Shown: in pieces, positions 42,793 to 53,390 of the stretch
Layout: the number at the start of each line of letters is the position of its first letter
Numbering within the stretch: the first letter of the stretch is position 1
Assembly (NCBI GenBank): GCA_902536655.1
Contig: CACAYF010000002.1
Span: 76,123 to 140,122 of the forward strand
DNA: 64,000 bases
Reading direction: 5' to 3'
Source of the DNA: an uncultured Alphaproteobacteria bacterium
Lineage (GTDB): Bacteria; Pseudomonadota; Alphaproteobacteria; Methylaequorales; Methylaequoraceae
Translations under genes and position numbers: made by a program
The notes under the pieces: model-generated
The model's database searches: none
Told to the model about the DNA's origin: nothing
The model's input: the letters and a program-made list of their open reading frames with translations, nothing else

Positions 42793-44359
42793 CTTTGTGG
42801 AATTATTGAATGACTTAATCTTGAGTCCATCTAGAAAAAAAAAAATAGACTTGTTAAAAATTTTTTTTTGCAAGTCAAATCTTAAAGACAAAGGTTGGGC
42901 TTTTTGCATTTTAACAAATCGAATGGACAGAAAATTTGTAAGTGTTAAAGAATTAAAAGAATTGATCATTGAAAATTATGATGAAGATTTATTTAGATTT
43001 TCCTATGACTATGTGGGTGATCTTGCTGAAACGATCTCCTTGCTTTGGGAAAGTAACAATGAAAAGAATACAAAAATAAATCTTCATGAATTCATGGAAA
43101 TTTTTTCAAATTTTGATCACAAAAATAAGTTTAAGACTAAACTTAAATATTTTCTAGATCGGTCATCTGAAAATCAAAGATATACCATTATTAAAATTTT
43201 AACCGGAGGTTTAAGAGTAGGTGTTTCAAATGGATTGATTAAAGAAGCGTTAAAATTGTCTGGTGTTAGAAAGAAATCTGAAATAGAAGAGTTCTGGCAC
43301 GGTTTTAAATTACCATGTACTGACTTATTTGAATGGTTAGACGGAAAAAAACTTCCAAAATACATCAATAGAAAAAAATTATTTAATTCTTTTATGTTAG
43401 CAAATAATTACAATTCTAATGAATTTAAAAGTTGTAAAACAGATGACTATATTGCAGAGTTTAAATGGGACGGTATTCGAGCCCAAATAATATTTTCAGA
43501 AGATGGGAAAATTTTCTCAAGGAATGGAGAAGACATTACTAATTCATTCTGCGATATTAACACATTTATTAAAGGTTATTTTGTTGTTGATGGAGAAATA
43601 GTTGTAAAAAAAAATAACAAAGTTTTATCTTTCAATCATCTTCAAAAAAGAATTGGTAGGAAAAATCCTTCTAAAAAACTTATTGAAGATTATCCAATAC
43701 ATTTCATTGCATATGATATACTATTTTATACTAGTGTTGATTGTAGAGCGTTAGATTTAATTGAAAGAAAAAAATATCTCAATAGATTTATTAATATTTG
43801 TAAATTTAGCAATATTTCGACATCATCCTTAATTAAATTTTCAAGTTGGGATCAATTACAAAATATCAAAGAAACTTCCCTTAATAACCATATTGAAGGT
43901 GTGATAATTAAAAAAAAGACTAGCCTATATAAAAAAGGTAGAGTTGTTGACGGTTGGTATAAATGGAAAAGAAATCCTTTTTCTGTTGATTTTATTATTA
44001 TGTATGCACAGCGTGGTCACGGTAAAAGATCTTCATTTTACTCAGACTTTACTTTTGGTTGCTGGGTTGACGAACAATTTACCAAACTTGTTCCAGTTGG
44101 AAAAGCATATTCAGGGTATACAAATGATGAGCTCAAAAGTTTAGATCGTTGGGTTAGAAACAACACAGTTGAAAGATTTGGTCCTGTTAGATCCTTAAAG
44201 CCTGGATTAGTAGTTGAAGTATCCTTTGACAATATTAATTATTCATCAAGACACAAATCAGGGGTGGCTTTGAGGTTTCCTAGATTTTCAAGAATTCGTT
44301 GGGATAAACCAATATCTCAGGTTTGTTCATTAAAATACATAAAAGACTTAATTAATTAA
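42785..44359 (+). CDS. ATP-dependent DNA ligase (damage-response type)
   Basis: EFKWDGIR motif I, DGEIV, EGVIIK, YAQRGHGKRSS.YSD.TF, SGVALRFPR; ATG 42785 preferred over TTG 42767. Confidence 0.93.
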   Translation: MNDFVELLNDLILSPSRKKKIDLLKIFFCKSNLKDKGWAFCILTNRMDRKFVSVKELKELIIENYDEDLFRFSYDYVGDLAETISLLWESNNEKNTKINLHEFMEIFSNFDHKNKFKTKLKYFLDRSSENQRYTIIKILTGGLRVGVSNGLIKEALKLSGVRKKSEIEEFWHGFKLPCTDLFEWLDGKKLPKYINRKKLFNSFMLANNYNSNEFKSCKTDDYIAEFKWDGIRAQIIFSEDGKIFSRNGEDITNSFCDINTFIKGYFVVDGEIVVKKNNKVLSFNHLQKRIGRKNPSKKLIEDYPIHFIAYDILFYTSVDCRALDLIERKKYLNRFINICKFSNISTSSLIKFSSWDQLQNIKETSLNNHIEGVIIKKKTSLYKKGRVVDGWYKWKRNPFSVDFIIMYAQRGHGKRSSFYSDFTFGCWVDEQFTKLVPVGKAYSGYTNDELKSLDRWVRNNTVERFGPVRSLKPGLVVEVSFDNINYSSRHKSGVALRFPRFSRIRWDKPISQVCSLKYIKDLIN

Positions 44360-44360
44360 C

Positions 44361-44388
44361 TTGAAAGTTCTACTTTTGTTCTTATAAT
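44361..44388 (+). promoter_or_regulatory. umuD promoter with a LexA box in the spacer
   Basis: TTGAAA (44361-66), 16 bp, TATAAT (44383-88); GTTC-TACTTTT-GTTC at 44367-44381. Confidence 0.88.
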
Positions 44389-44393
44389 GAAAT

Positions 44394-44798
44394 ATGAGGA
44401 AAAATTTAGTGAAAAACAAAGTAAAATTGATTAGTGCGTCAGCAGGTTTTCCTTCGCCCGCAGAAAATTATGTTGAGGAAAAATTAAATTTAAATAGTTA
44501 TTTAATTAAAAACAAAGAATCTTCTTTCTTTGTAAGAGTATCTGGTGACTCTATGATTAATGTAGGTATCTTTGATAATGACATATTGATTGTAGATAGA
44601 TCACTAGACCCCAAAAGACAATCAATAGTTATAGTGTCGATAGATGGAGAGTTAGTAATAAAAAAGCTGATGAAAGATCAATCAAAAAACTATTACTTAA
44701 AATCTGAAAATAGTAATTATCCAAATATAAAGTTAAATTCAAACAGAGATACTATTATATGGGGCGTCGTTACCTATGTGATACACAGTTTAAGTTAA
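44394..44798 (+). CDS. umuD: DNA polymerase V subunit UmuD
   Basis: SAGFPSPA cleavage site, GDSM, VIKKL; no HTH; alternative GTG start at 44409 after AGGA. Confidence 0.92.
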   Translation: MRKNLVKNKVKLISASAGFPSPAENYVEEKLNLNSYLIKNKESSFFVRVSGDSMINVGIFDNDILIVDRSLDPKRQSIVIVSIDGELVIKKLMKDQSKNYYLKSENSNYPNIKLNSNRDTIIWGVVTYVIHSLS

Positions 44799-44802
44799 AA
44801 TT

Positions 44803-46125
44803 GTGATAGCTCTATTAGATTGCAATAACTTCTATGTGTCTTGTGAAAGACTATTTAATCCAAGATTAATTGGAAAGCCTGTTGTGGTTCTTTCAAATAA
44901 TGATGGTTGTATTATTTCTCGCTCTGATGAAGCTAAAGAAATTGGAATAAAAATGGGAGAACCATTTTTTAAAATTAGAAGTATCTTATTAAATAATAGA
45001 GTAACAGTACGATCTTCCAATTATTCATTCTATGGAGATATTTCAAATAGAATTATGAATATTTTAAAAGAAGATCTCTCGGAGGTTGAAGTTTATTCAA
45101 TAGACGAGGCATTCTTTAATTTGAAAAAAATCCAAAATAGAGAAGATAAGTGTATTGATCTTGCTAATAAAATATTAAAATGGACTGGAATTCCAGTCAG
45201 TATCGGAATAGCTGAAACAAAAACCCTAGCAAAAATAACTAATAGAGTAATTAAAAAAAAGAAGCGATATAAGAACATAAGTTTTAATTATAGTAATGTC
45301 TTAGAGGTAAATAAAAGTAATGATTTATTGTATATATTAAAAAATACAGAAGTTGAGGATGTCTGGGGAGTTGGTAAAAAATTATCAATATTTTTAAAGA
45401 AAAATAATATTAATAATGCCCATGACTTAAAAGAGTGCGATGAGAATTTTATTAGAAAACAGAAAGGTGTTGTACTACAAAGAACTGTTCTCGAGTTGAG
45501 AGGTACAAAATGTAATTATATTCAAATCACTGTACCTATTAAAAAATCGATTTGTGTTTCGAGGTCATTCGGCAATAAATTGATTAGTTACGATTCCATA
45601 AGAAGCGCATTGATCGTTTATACACAAAAAGCGGCCTCTAAAGTAAGAGTAAATAATTTATTTTGCAGAGTTATAACTGTATTCTTAAAAACCTCTAGGT
45701 ATCAAAAAAATTTTTATGCAAATAGCAAAACATACACTTTAATTGAACCGACAATTGATTTAAGAGTTATTTGGAAAACTGCAGAAAATTTATTAAAAAG
45801 CATATACAAAAACGGTCATTTATATAGCAAGGTTGGAATTATACTATCTGAATTTCATGATGCAAAATCTATACAACAATCGTTGATAAAAAGTAAATAT
45901 AATCTAGAAGTGAAGAACAATGAAACAGTACTAATGGAATTAATTGACAATGTTAATAATAGGTTTGGATATGGTAAATTAAGATTATCATCAGATTGTA
46001 ATAAGAATTTTTTTTCCAAAGAAAACAACAGAAAAGATCAAAATTCAGCTTGGCAGATGAAATCCAATTATCGTTCACCTTGCTATACTACAAGTTGGTG
46101 TGATATACCAATAGTGAAAGTTTAA
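44803..46125 (+). CDS. umuC: Y-family DNA polymerase V subunit UmuC
   Basis: LLDCNNFYVSCE, VLSNNDGC, YSIDEAF, VWGVG, C-terminal WQMK...SP.YTT.W. Confidence 0.94.
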   Translation: MIALLDCNNFYVSCERLFNPRLIGKPVVVLSNNDGCIISRSDEAKEIGIKMGEPFFKIRSILLNNRVTVRSSNYSFYGDISNRIMNILKEDLSEVEVYSIDEAFFNLKKIQNREDKCIDLANKILKWTGIPVSIGIAETKTLAKITNRVIKKKKRYKNISFNYSNVLEVNKSNDLLYILKNTEVEDVWGVGKKLSIFLKKNNINNAHDLKECDENFIRKQKGVVLQRTVLELRGTKCNYIQITVPIKKSICVSRSFGNKLISYDSIRSALIVYTQKAASKVRVNNLFCRVITVFLKTSRYQKNFYANSKTYTLIEPTIDLRVIWKTAENLLKSIYKNGHLYSKVGIILSEFHDAKSIQQSLIKSKYNLEVKNNETVLMELIDNVNNRFGYGKLRLSSDCNKNFFSKENNRKDQNSAWQMKSNYRSPCYTTSWCDIPIVKV

Positions 46126-46127
46126 AA

Positions 46128-46352
46128 ATGGATCAAAAAGACCAAAAAAAACTTGCTTCAGCAATTGTGTTGAAAGCAAGAGAAGAATGCAGAGCAAAGA
46201 GAATAGACCCTTATATTGCAGTAGGTGCCTTTATCGACGAAACAATAAGAGAGTTATCACAAGTAAATTCAGACGAAAAAGTTTCTGAGTTTCTAATTAG
46301 TATAGCTGAAAAAGTCAAATTAGGTATGTACAGGAAAAAAAAATCAATTTGA
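46128..46352 (+). CDS. Small hypothetical protein
   Basis: 74-aa helical-looking ORF starting 2 bp after the umuC stop. Confidence 0.65.
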   Translation: MDQKDQKKLASAIVLKAREECRAKRIDPYIAVGAFIDETIRELSQVNSDEKVSEFLISIAEKVKLGMYRKKKSI

Positions 46353-46733
46353 TTTAATTTTTTCAATTAGTTTATCAATTTCTTGATACCTAGGTCTATC
46401 ATCCCTAATTTCTTTTAAAAGTTTTTTTGCATTTCTAGATAATTTCTTTCCAACATCAAACTCATTAGATTGACAAAGAACTCCTTTTTTATTTTTTTTA
46501 TAATGATCAGATAATTTGTAAAAAGTTTTCATTGAGCGCTGGGAAACATTTTTTAAAACGTTCATTTTAAGATTTTTTGGATAGGCAGTATCTAAACTGT
46601 TTGGTTGAGATAAACCATTTACAACGTATTTTTTTAGCAAATTGTATGCTTCAAATGATATAACTCTTTTTTCACTAAAATATGTTTTGTTAATATGATT
46701 TTTTGCTTTATTATATATATTAAAGATACCCAT
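46344..46733 (-). CDS. Hypothetical basic protein
   Basis: 129-aa ATG ORF filling the gap; no recognised motif. Confidence 0.6.
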   Translation of the reverse strand: MGIFNIYNKAKNHINKTYFSEKRVISFEAYNLLKKYVVNGLSQPNSLDTAYPKNLKMNVLKNVSQRSMKTFYKLSDHYKKNKKGVLCQSNEFDVGKKLSRNAKKLLKEIRDDRPRYQEIDKLIEKIKSN

Positions 46734-46787
46734 TATTACAATATAATGTATAATTTGGGCGAAGTAAATACTATATATTGATTATTT

Positions 46788-47162
46788 ATGGATAATATAA
46801 CAGACACATTTAATTTAGAAATACTTTATAATCTTTTACCATATATCGGTGATACCAAATATTTGGTAATTATTTTTTGCGCTATTTTTTTAGTTATTTT
46901 TATATTAATCACTATTTTTGCAAAGAAAAATGCAATTAAGAAAAATAAAGATGTTACAAGAAAACAACCAAATTTAGACGACATTATTGATAAAAGAGAT
47001 ATTAAAGTTTCTGATGATAACGAATTTGTAGATGTTCTTGTTGCTATAGAGGAAGAAATGACAGCTATCAGAGAGTTGTATGTCGGGGGATATATAAGTA
47101 AAGGAGTTTATATTTCAGAAACGGATAGACTATATGAAAAGGCAAAAATATTTGGTGTTTAA
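46788..47162 (+). CDS. Hypothetical single-TM membrane protein
   Basis: One hydrophobic segment, then a short C-terminal helical domain (ELYVGGYISKGVY). Confidence 0.65.
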   Translation: MDNITDTFNLEILYNLLPYIGDTKYLVIIFCAIFLVIFILITIFAKKNAIKKNKDVTRKQPNLDDIIDKRDIKVSDDNEFVDVLVAIEEEMTAIRELYVGGYISKGVYISETDRLYEKAKIFGV

Positions 47163-47221
47163 TTGAAATATTAGATAATAACTTTATTAAAGTATTGTAA
47201 AAATAATTGAGTTTACAAATA

Positions 47222-47887
47222 ATGACTAAATTTACAGATCATATTCATAGTGAAATTCTAAATATTGCTGAAAAAAATCTGAATTCAGATCAAGAGATCT
47301 CTCACCATAATTTTGATAATATTTTAACAGATATTTCCGTTTGTATGGAAAAGTTAGGAATTAAAGCAAATATCATTGATGAAGTTACATCATCTTTATC
47401 AACAAAATTTAATTCACTTGTCCAAAGCGGTTTGACTCCAGAAAATTCTATTAAAGAAACATTTGAATCTTTGTCTGACATCATAAATTCAAATTTATCA
47501 ACTGATGCTTCAGTTGAAAAATTAACTACTGAAAACAGTGGTTATGATTTAAGTTTTGCAAGCTCGATGTCTAATGAAATGTCCATTCTCATTGATGAAG
47601 CAATATCTAAGGGCATGTCAACTGAGGAGGCTATTAAGTTTGCAAATAATAAAATAAATCAATCTGCAGAGGAACTTTACGGACCACCCAATGTTGCAGA
47701 TTATAAAAACGTTGATAATGCAAATGATATTATTATTTCTGAAGATGAAAAAAATTTAGACAAAATGGAAGCCGACATGGGAGATCAATCAAATAAAATA
47801 GAAAGAGCCCCTTTAAACGAAAATACTTCTTTAAGTAATACAGTTATTAATACTGATAATATTTCTGATCCAGATGAGGTTACTTAA
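47222..47887 (+). CDS. Hypothetical acidic protein with an internal repeat
   Basis: Long ORF; ATG 47222 preferred over TTG 47207; two G-[LM]-[ST]-x-E-x-[SA]-I-K segments. Confidence 0.7.
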   Translation: MTKFTDHIHSEILNIAEKNLNSDQEISHHNFDNILTDISVCMEKLGIKANIIDEVTSSLSTKFNSLVQSGLTPENSIKETFESLSDIINSNLSTDASVEKLTTENSGYDLSFASSMSNEMSILIDEAISKGMSTEEAIKFANNKINQSAEELYGPPNVADYKNVDNANDIIISEDEKNLDKMEADMGDQSNKIERAPLNENTSLSNTVINTDNISDPDEVT

Positions 47888-48178
47888 ATATAATAAATTA
47901 TCTCGTCCAAAAATTTTTATTCATGTGTATTATTATAATTGTTCAAATTGGTTTTCTTTAAGTCAAAATGAAAGTAAATACAAAATTTTACTAACGAATT
48001 TATTGAATTTAAAAATAAAATTAATCTGAATGGTGATATTTTAAAGTTAGAATTTTAATTTTAGAAGAAAGTATCAGATATAACCTTTATAACAAAAAAT
48101 AGAATTTTATTAATATTAAATTCAGCTTTAATAAATAGTATAATTTTGTTGAAATTTTTATTTTTTTTAGCATATTTA

Positions 48179-48229
48179 AATTGTGGAGAATAGAGATGGT
48201 ACAAAGTTGGTTGCACCTTTCCACTAATT
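48179..48229 (+). other. Predicted stem-loop in the katG 5' leader
   Basis: GTGGAGA pairs with TTTCCAC; inner GGTACAA/TTGCACC has one mismatch; locally GC-rich within an AT-rich spacer. Confidence 0.5.
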
Positions 48230-48241
48230 AAATTTTTTTAG

Positions 48242-50392
<2,151 letters not shown>

Positions 50393-50403
50393 TTTGTAAT
50401 ATT

Positions 50404-50431
50404 AAGAGTGTTTGCAATTGTAAACACTCTT
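50404..50431. terminator. Probable bidirectional intrinsic terminator
   Basis: AAGAGTGTTT-GCAATTGT-AAACACTCTT, a perfect 10-bp stem between convergent genes. Confidence 0.8.
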
Positions 50432-50751
50432 TACAAAACTACGCTAAATCCCTCGAACTCAGGGTGCCCAATATATATTTCTTTGCTTTGTCCGGCGTTT
50501 TTGTGGGCCTCTCGAAATGATTCCGATTTAGTCCAATTGATAAAGTCTACTTCGGATGACCATGTACTATGTGAAGCGTAAATTGTGAATTCATCGTTTT
50601 CTTTTCCTTTTATTAAATTAAAATTTATAAATCCTTTGACTTCACTTAGTTTTGAATCTCTATTTTTCCAGATTTTTTCAAAGATGTCCTCTTTGCCTCT
50701 GACGATTTTAAATCTATTCATTGCAACGTAAGTTTTAGTTTTCATAAGCAT
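50431..50751 (-). CDS. ABM-family monooxygenase, IsdG/HmuQ-like heme-degrading type
   Basis: AMNRF (Asn), FINWTKS (Trp), FREAH (His) triad, HPEFEGF. Confidence 0.8.
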   Translation of the reverse strand: MLMKTKTYVAMNRFKIVRGKEDIFEKIWKNRDSKLSEVKGFINFNLIKGKENDEFTIYASHSTWSSEVDFINWTKSESFREAHKNAGQSKEIYIGHPEFEGFSVVL

Positions 50752-50896
50752 AAATTTATTATTTTAAATATATTATTCAATTCTTTTATATAAAACCTTA
50801 ATACTGATATTATTTTTATGAATAAAGTCTGTTTTTAAAATAAATTTTACAAATACATAATAATAACTTTTAATAGGCTAAAAAATAAGGAGAAAT

Positions 50897-51148
50897 ATGA
50901 AAAAAACTTTGATAACCATTTTAACCACCAGCTTTATATCATCTCAACTAGCATCAAATGAAATTTATAAAACTAATAATGAATCTGTTTATTTAAATTT
51001 ATTATCTAGATTTAAATGCGTGATAGGTCCTAACATAAACAAACCCAGTTGGGTATGTAATGAAAAAGCCCCAAAAGGGTGGGGTAAATTTTATGGTGAG
51101 AAATTAAAGAAACAAAAAAACAAACGTAAGAGATTTGCAAAAAATTAA
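50897..51148 (+). CDS. Small putatively secreted hypothetical protein
   Basis: AAGGAGA SD, MKK plus signal-like N-terminus, two Cys, basic C-terminus. Confidence 0.65.
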   Translation: MKKTLITILTTSFISSQLASNEIYKTNNESVYLNLLSRFKCVIGPNINKPSWVCNEKAPKGWGKFYGEKLKKQKNKRKRFAKN

Positions 51149-51178
51149 TTTATAATATGAGATTTAAAAATAAATTTT

Positions 51179-53314
51179 TTATATTTTTATTACTTCAACT
51201 AGATTATCTGAGAAAGTTGGAGCGTTTCCCATATCTGCTAAATTAGCTGAGCTTATACTGTTAACTGTTCCATCGTTAAGTTGCCTCCAATATCCGAGCG
51301 TTGAAACGACAATACCTGACGAAACATCAGATGTTATTTTAGCAACACCTTTATAGGAACCTCTGTCATTAAATACTTTGACATTATCACCATCTTTAAT
51401 ATTTCTTTGTTTTGAATCAATTTCGCTTATAAGAACAAATTGGTCTCCTTGAACCCTCTGCTTGTCCGTCATGTTTGCATAACACGAATTTAAAAATGCA
51501 TGACTTTTTGGAGTTATTACGTTTAAAGGATATTTTTTGGCAAGTTGCGGGTTAGTTTGTTTTGACTCAAGTTGAGGAACATAATCCGGAAGAGGAGGGA
51601 GGTCTTGACCTGGTTGATAATCCTCGTACATTTGTCTGAACGGACCGGCAACAAAATTTTTCACATCTTTTAGAATAAACTCACATTTACCTGATTCTGT
51701 AGGGAACTTACCATCTTTGTGGGGTGCTCGTGTATCTTTGCAACCAACATTTAATCTTGCAAAGCCTTTTTCCTTCAATTTTTCAGGAGTGATTCCTTCA
51801 CATGCAGGTGCTGACCAATCCACATAGTTTTCTAAACATTTTTCATCACTCCAACTGAATTGATCTTGCTTTAAATCCATCTTTTTTGCTAACCTCCTGA
51901 ATATTTCGTAGTTTGGTAAAGCTTCTCCAGGAGCATCAACACATTTCTCATTGTATGTAAGGTATAAGTGACCCCAAGATAATATCATATCTTCATGTTC
52001 TGCACCCATTGTGGCGGGTAGAAGAATGTCTGCGTAAGATGCTGTGTCAGAAATAAAATGTTCAGCAGAAACTAAGAATAAATCTTCTCTCTTTAAACCT
52101 TTAATTATTTTCTCCGTTTCGGCTGCTTGAGTAACAGGGTTAGCGTTCCAGCACATCATGGACATAATTGGTTTGTCCTTTTCTATATTTTCCCCTAGTA
52201 AGGCTCTTCCAATCTGAAGAGCGTTTACAACTCTTGTACCTTTAGGGATCAAATCTGGTCTGCATATAACATCAAATTTGTACGGATGTTCCCACACTGG
52301 AAATTGAGTGATTCCTCCACCAACATATTTCCATGCACCAGTTAATGCTGGTATACAGGTAACAGCTCTTATTGTCTGCCCACCTCCATAATGTCTCTCG
52401 AGTGCAACTCCAATTCTTATTCCAACTGGTTGAACTGTAGCAATTTCTTGGGCCAATTTTTTAATATCTTCTTCACTAATTCCAGTTATTTTAGACGCCC
52501 ATTTAGGATCTTTATCTTTAACATGCTCTTTTAACTCTTCAAATCCATTTGTGTGATTATTTATATAATCCATGTCTGTTAGATCGTTATAAATAATATG
52601 ATTTATCATGGCTACTGCCAAGGCTCCGTCTGAACCAGGGATAGGTTCGATATGCCAATCAGCTTGTTTAGCAGTTCTAGATTTATATGAATCAATTACT
52701 ACAACTTTGGCTCCTCTTTTTTTAGCTTCTTGAATAATTGTCCAATGATGAAGATTGGTACTTACACTGTTACAAGCCCAAATAACAATGTATTTACTAT
52801 GAATGTAACTCTCAGGATCTAATCCAGCTGTTGGACCTATAGTGGTTAACCAAGCTGTACATGAACCTTCCCCGCAAAAAGTTCTCTCACAAACAGTCGC
52901 GCCAAGGGCATTAAAGAAAGAATCACCTCCATTTAAACCATGAACTAAACCTTGATTTCCCAAATAACTATAGGGAATAATTGATTCAGGCCCATACTCA
53001 TTAATTAGAGACCTCCATTTTGATGTGATTGTTTCTAGTGCTTCATCCCAAGTGATTCTTTCAAATTCTTTTTTTCCTTTTTTTCCAACACGTTTATGAG
53101 GATATAATAAACGATCTGGATGATAGTGTCTTTTTTCGTAGTCTTTGAGCTTGACACAAAGTACACCATCAGTCATAGGGTGATCAGGGTTACCTTTAAC
53201 GCTAAGAAGTTTGTTGTCTGCAACTTCATAAATCATTGCACACGTATCGGGGCAGTCGTGAGGGCAACCACCAAAATGTTTTTTTATGGAATAATCATCC
53301 ATACAAATCTCCAC
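51179..53314 (-). CDS. Molybdopterin (Mo-bisPGD) oxidoreductase family protein, cytoplasmic
   Basis: CPHDCPDTC...GVLCVK Fe-S motif, ITWDEAL, PGSDGALA, TASYADILLPA, C-terminal molydop-binding domain; no Tat signal. Confidence 0.9.
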   Translation of the reverse strand: MEICMDDYSIKKHFGGCPHDCPDTCAMIYEVADNKLLSVKGNPDHPMTDGVLCVKLKDYEKRHYHPDRLLYPHKRVGKKGKKEFERITWDEALETITSKWRSLINEYGPESIIPYSYLGNQGLVHGLNGGDSFFNALGATVCERTFCGEGSCTAWLTTIGPTAGLDPESYIHSKYIVIWACNSVSTNLHHWTIIQEAKKRGAKVVVIDSYKSRTAKQADWHIEPIPGSDGALAVAMINHIIYNDLTDMDYINNHTNGFEELKEHVKDKDPKWASKITGISEEDIKKLAQEIATVQPVGIRIGVALERHYGGGQTIRAVTCIPALTGAWKYVGGGITQFPVWEHPYKFDVICRPDLIPKGTRVVNALQIGRALLGENIEKDKPIMSMMCWNANPVTQAAETEKIIKGLKREDLFLVSAEHFISDTASYADILLPATMGAEHEDMILSWGHLYLTYNEKCVDAPGEALPNYEIFRRLAKKMDLKQDQFSWSDEKCLENYVDWSAPACEGITPEKLKEKGFARLNVGCKDTRAPHKDGKFPTESGKCEFILKDVKNFVAGPFRQMYEDYQPGQDLPPLPDYVPQLESKQTNPQLAKKYPLNVITPKSHAFLNSCYANMTDKQRVQGDQFVLISEIDSKQRNIKDGDNVKVFNDRGSYKGVAKITSDVSSGIVVSTLGYWRQLNDGTVNSISSANLADMGNAPTFSDNLVEVIKI

Positions 53315-53390
53315 ATAATTTTAGCTTACACTATTTTATTAAAAAACAAAATTATTTTTCAATTTCTTAAATTACAATGGAGAATTTTCG

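Noticed and set aside
38753-44359. Helicase + nuclease + phosphoesterase cluster as a new anti-phage system
   Set aside because: Motifs match the already described Lhr-core/MPE/exonuclease/ATP-dependent ligase repair cluster
48077-48114. Possible OxyR site upstream of katG
   Set aside because: Only partial ATAG/TAT elements, and the spacing does not fit ATAG-N7-CTAT-N7-ATAG-N7-CTAT; indistinguishable from AT-rich background
48197-48214. Possible sigma54 promoter TGGTAC...TTGC before katG
   Set aside because: GG to GC spacing is 13 nt, not the required 10
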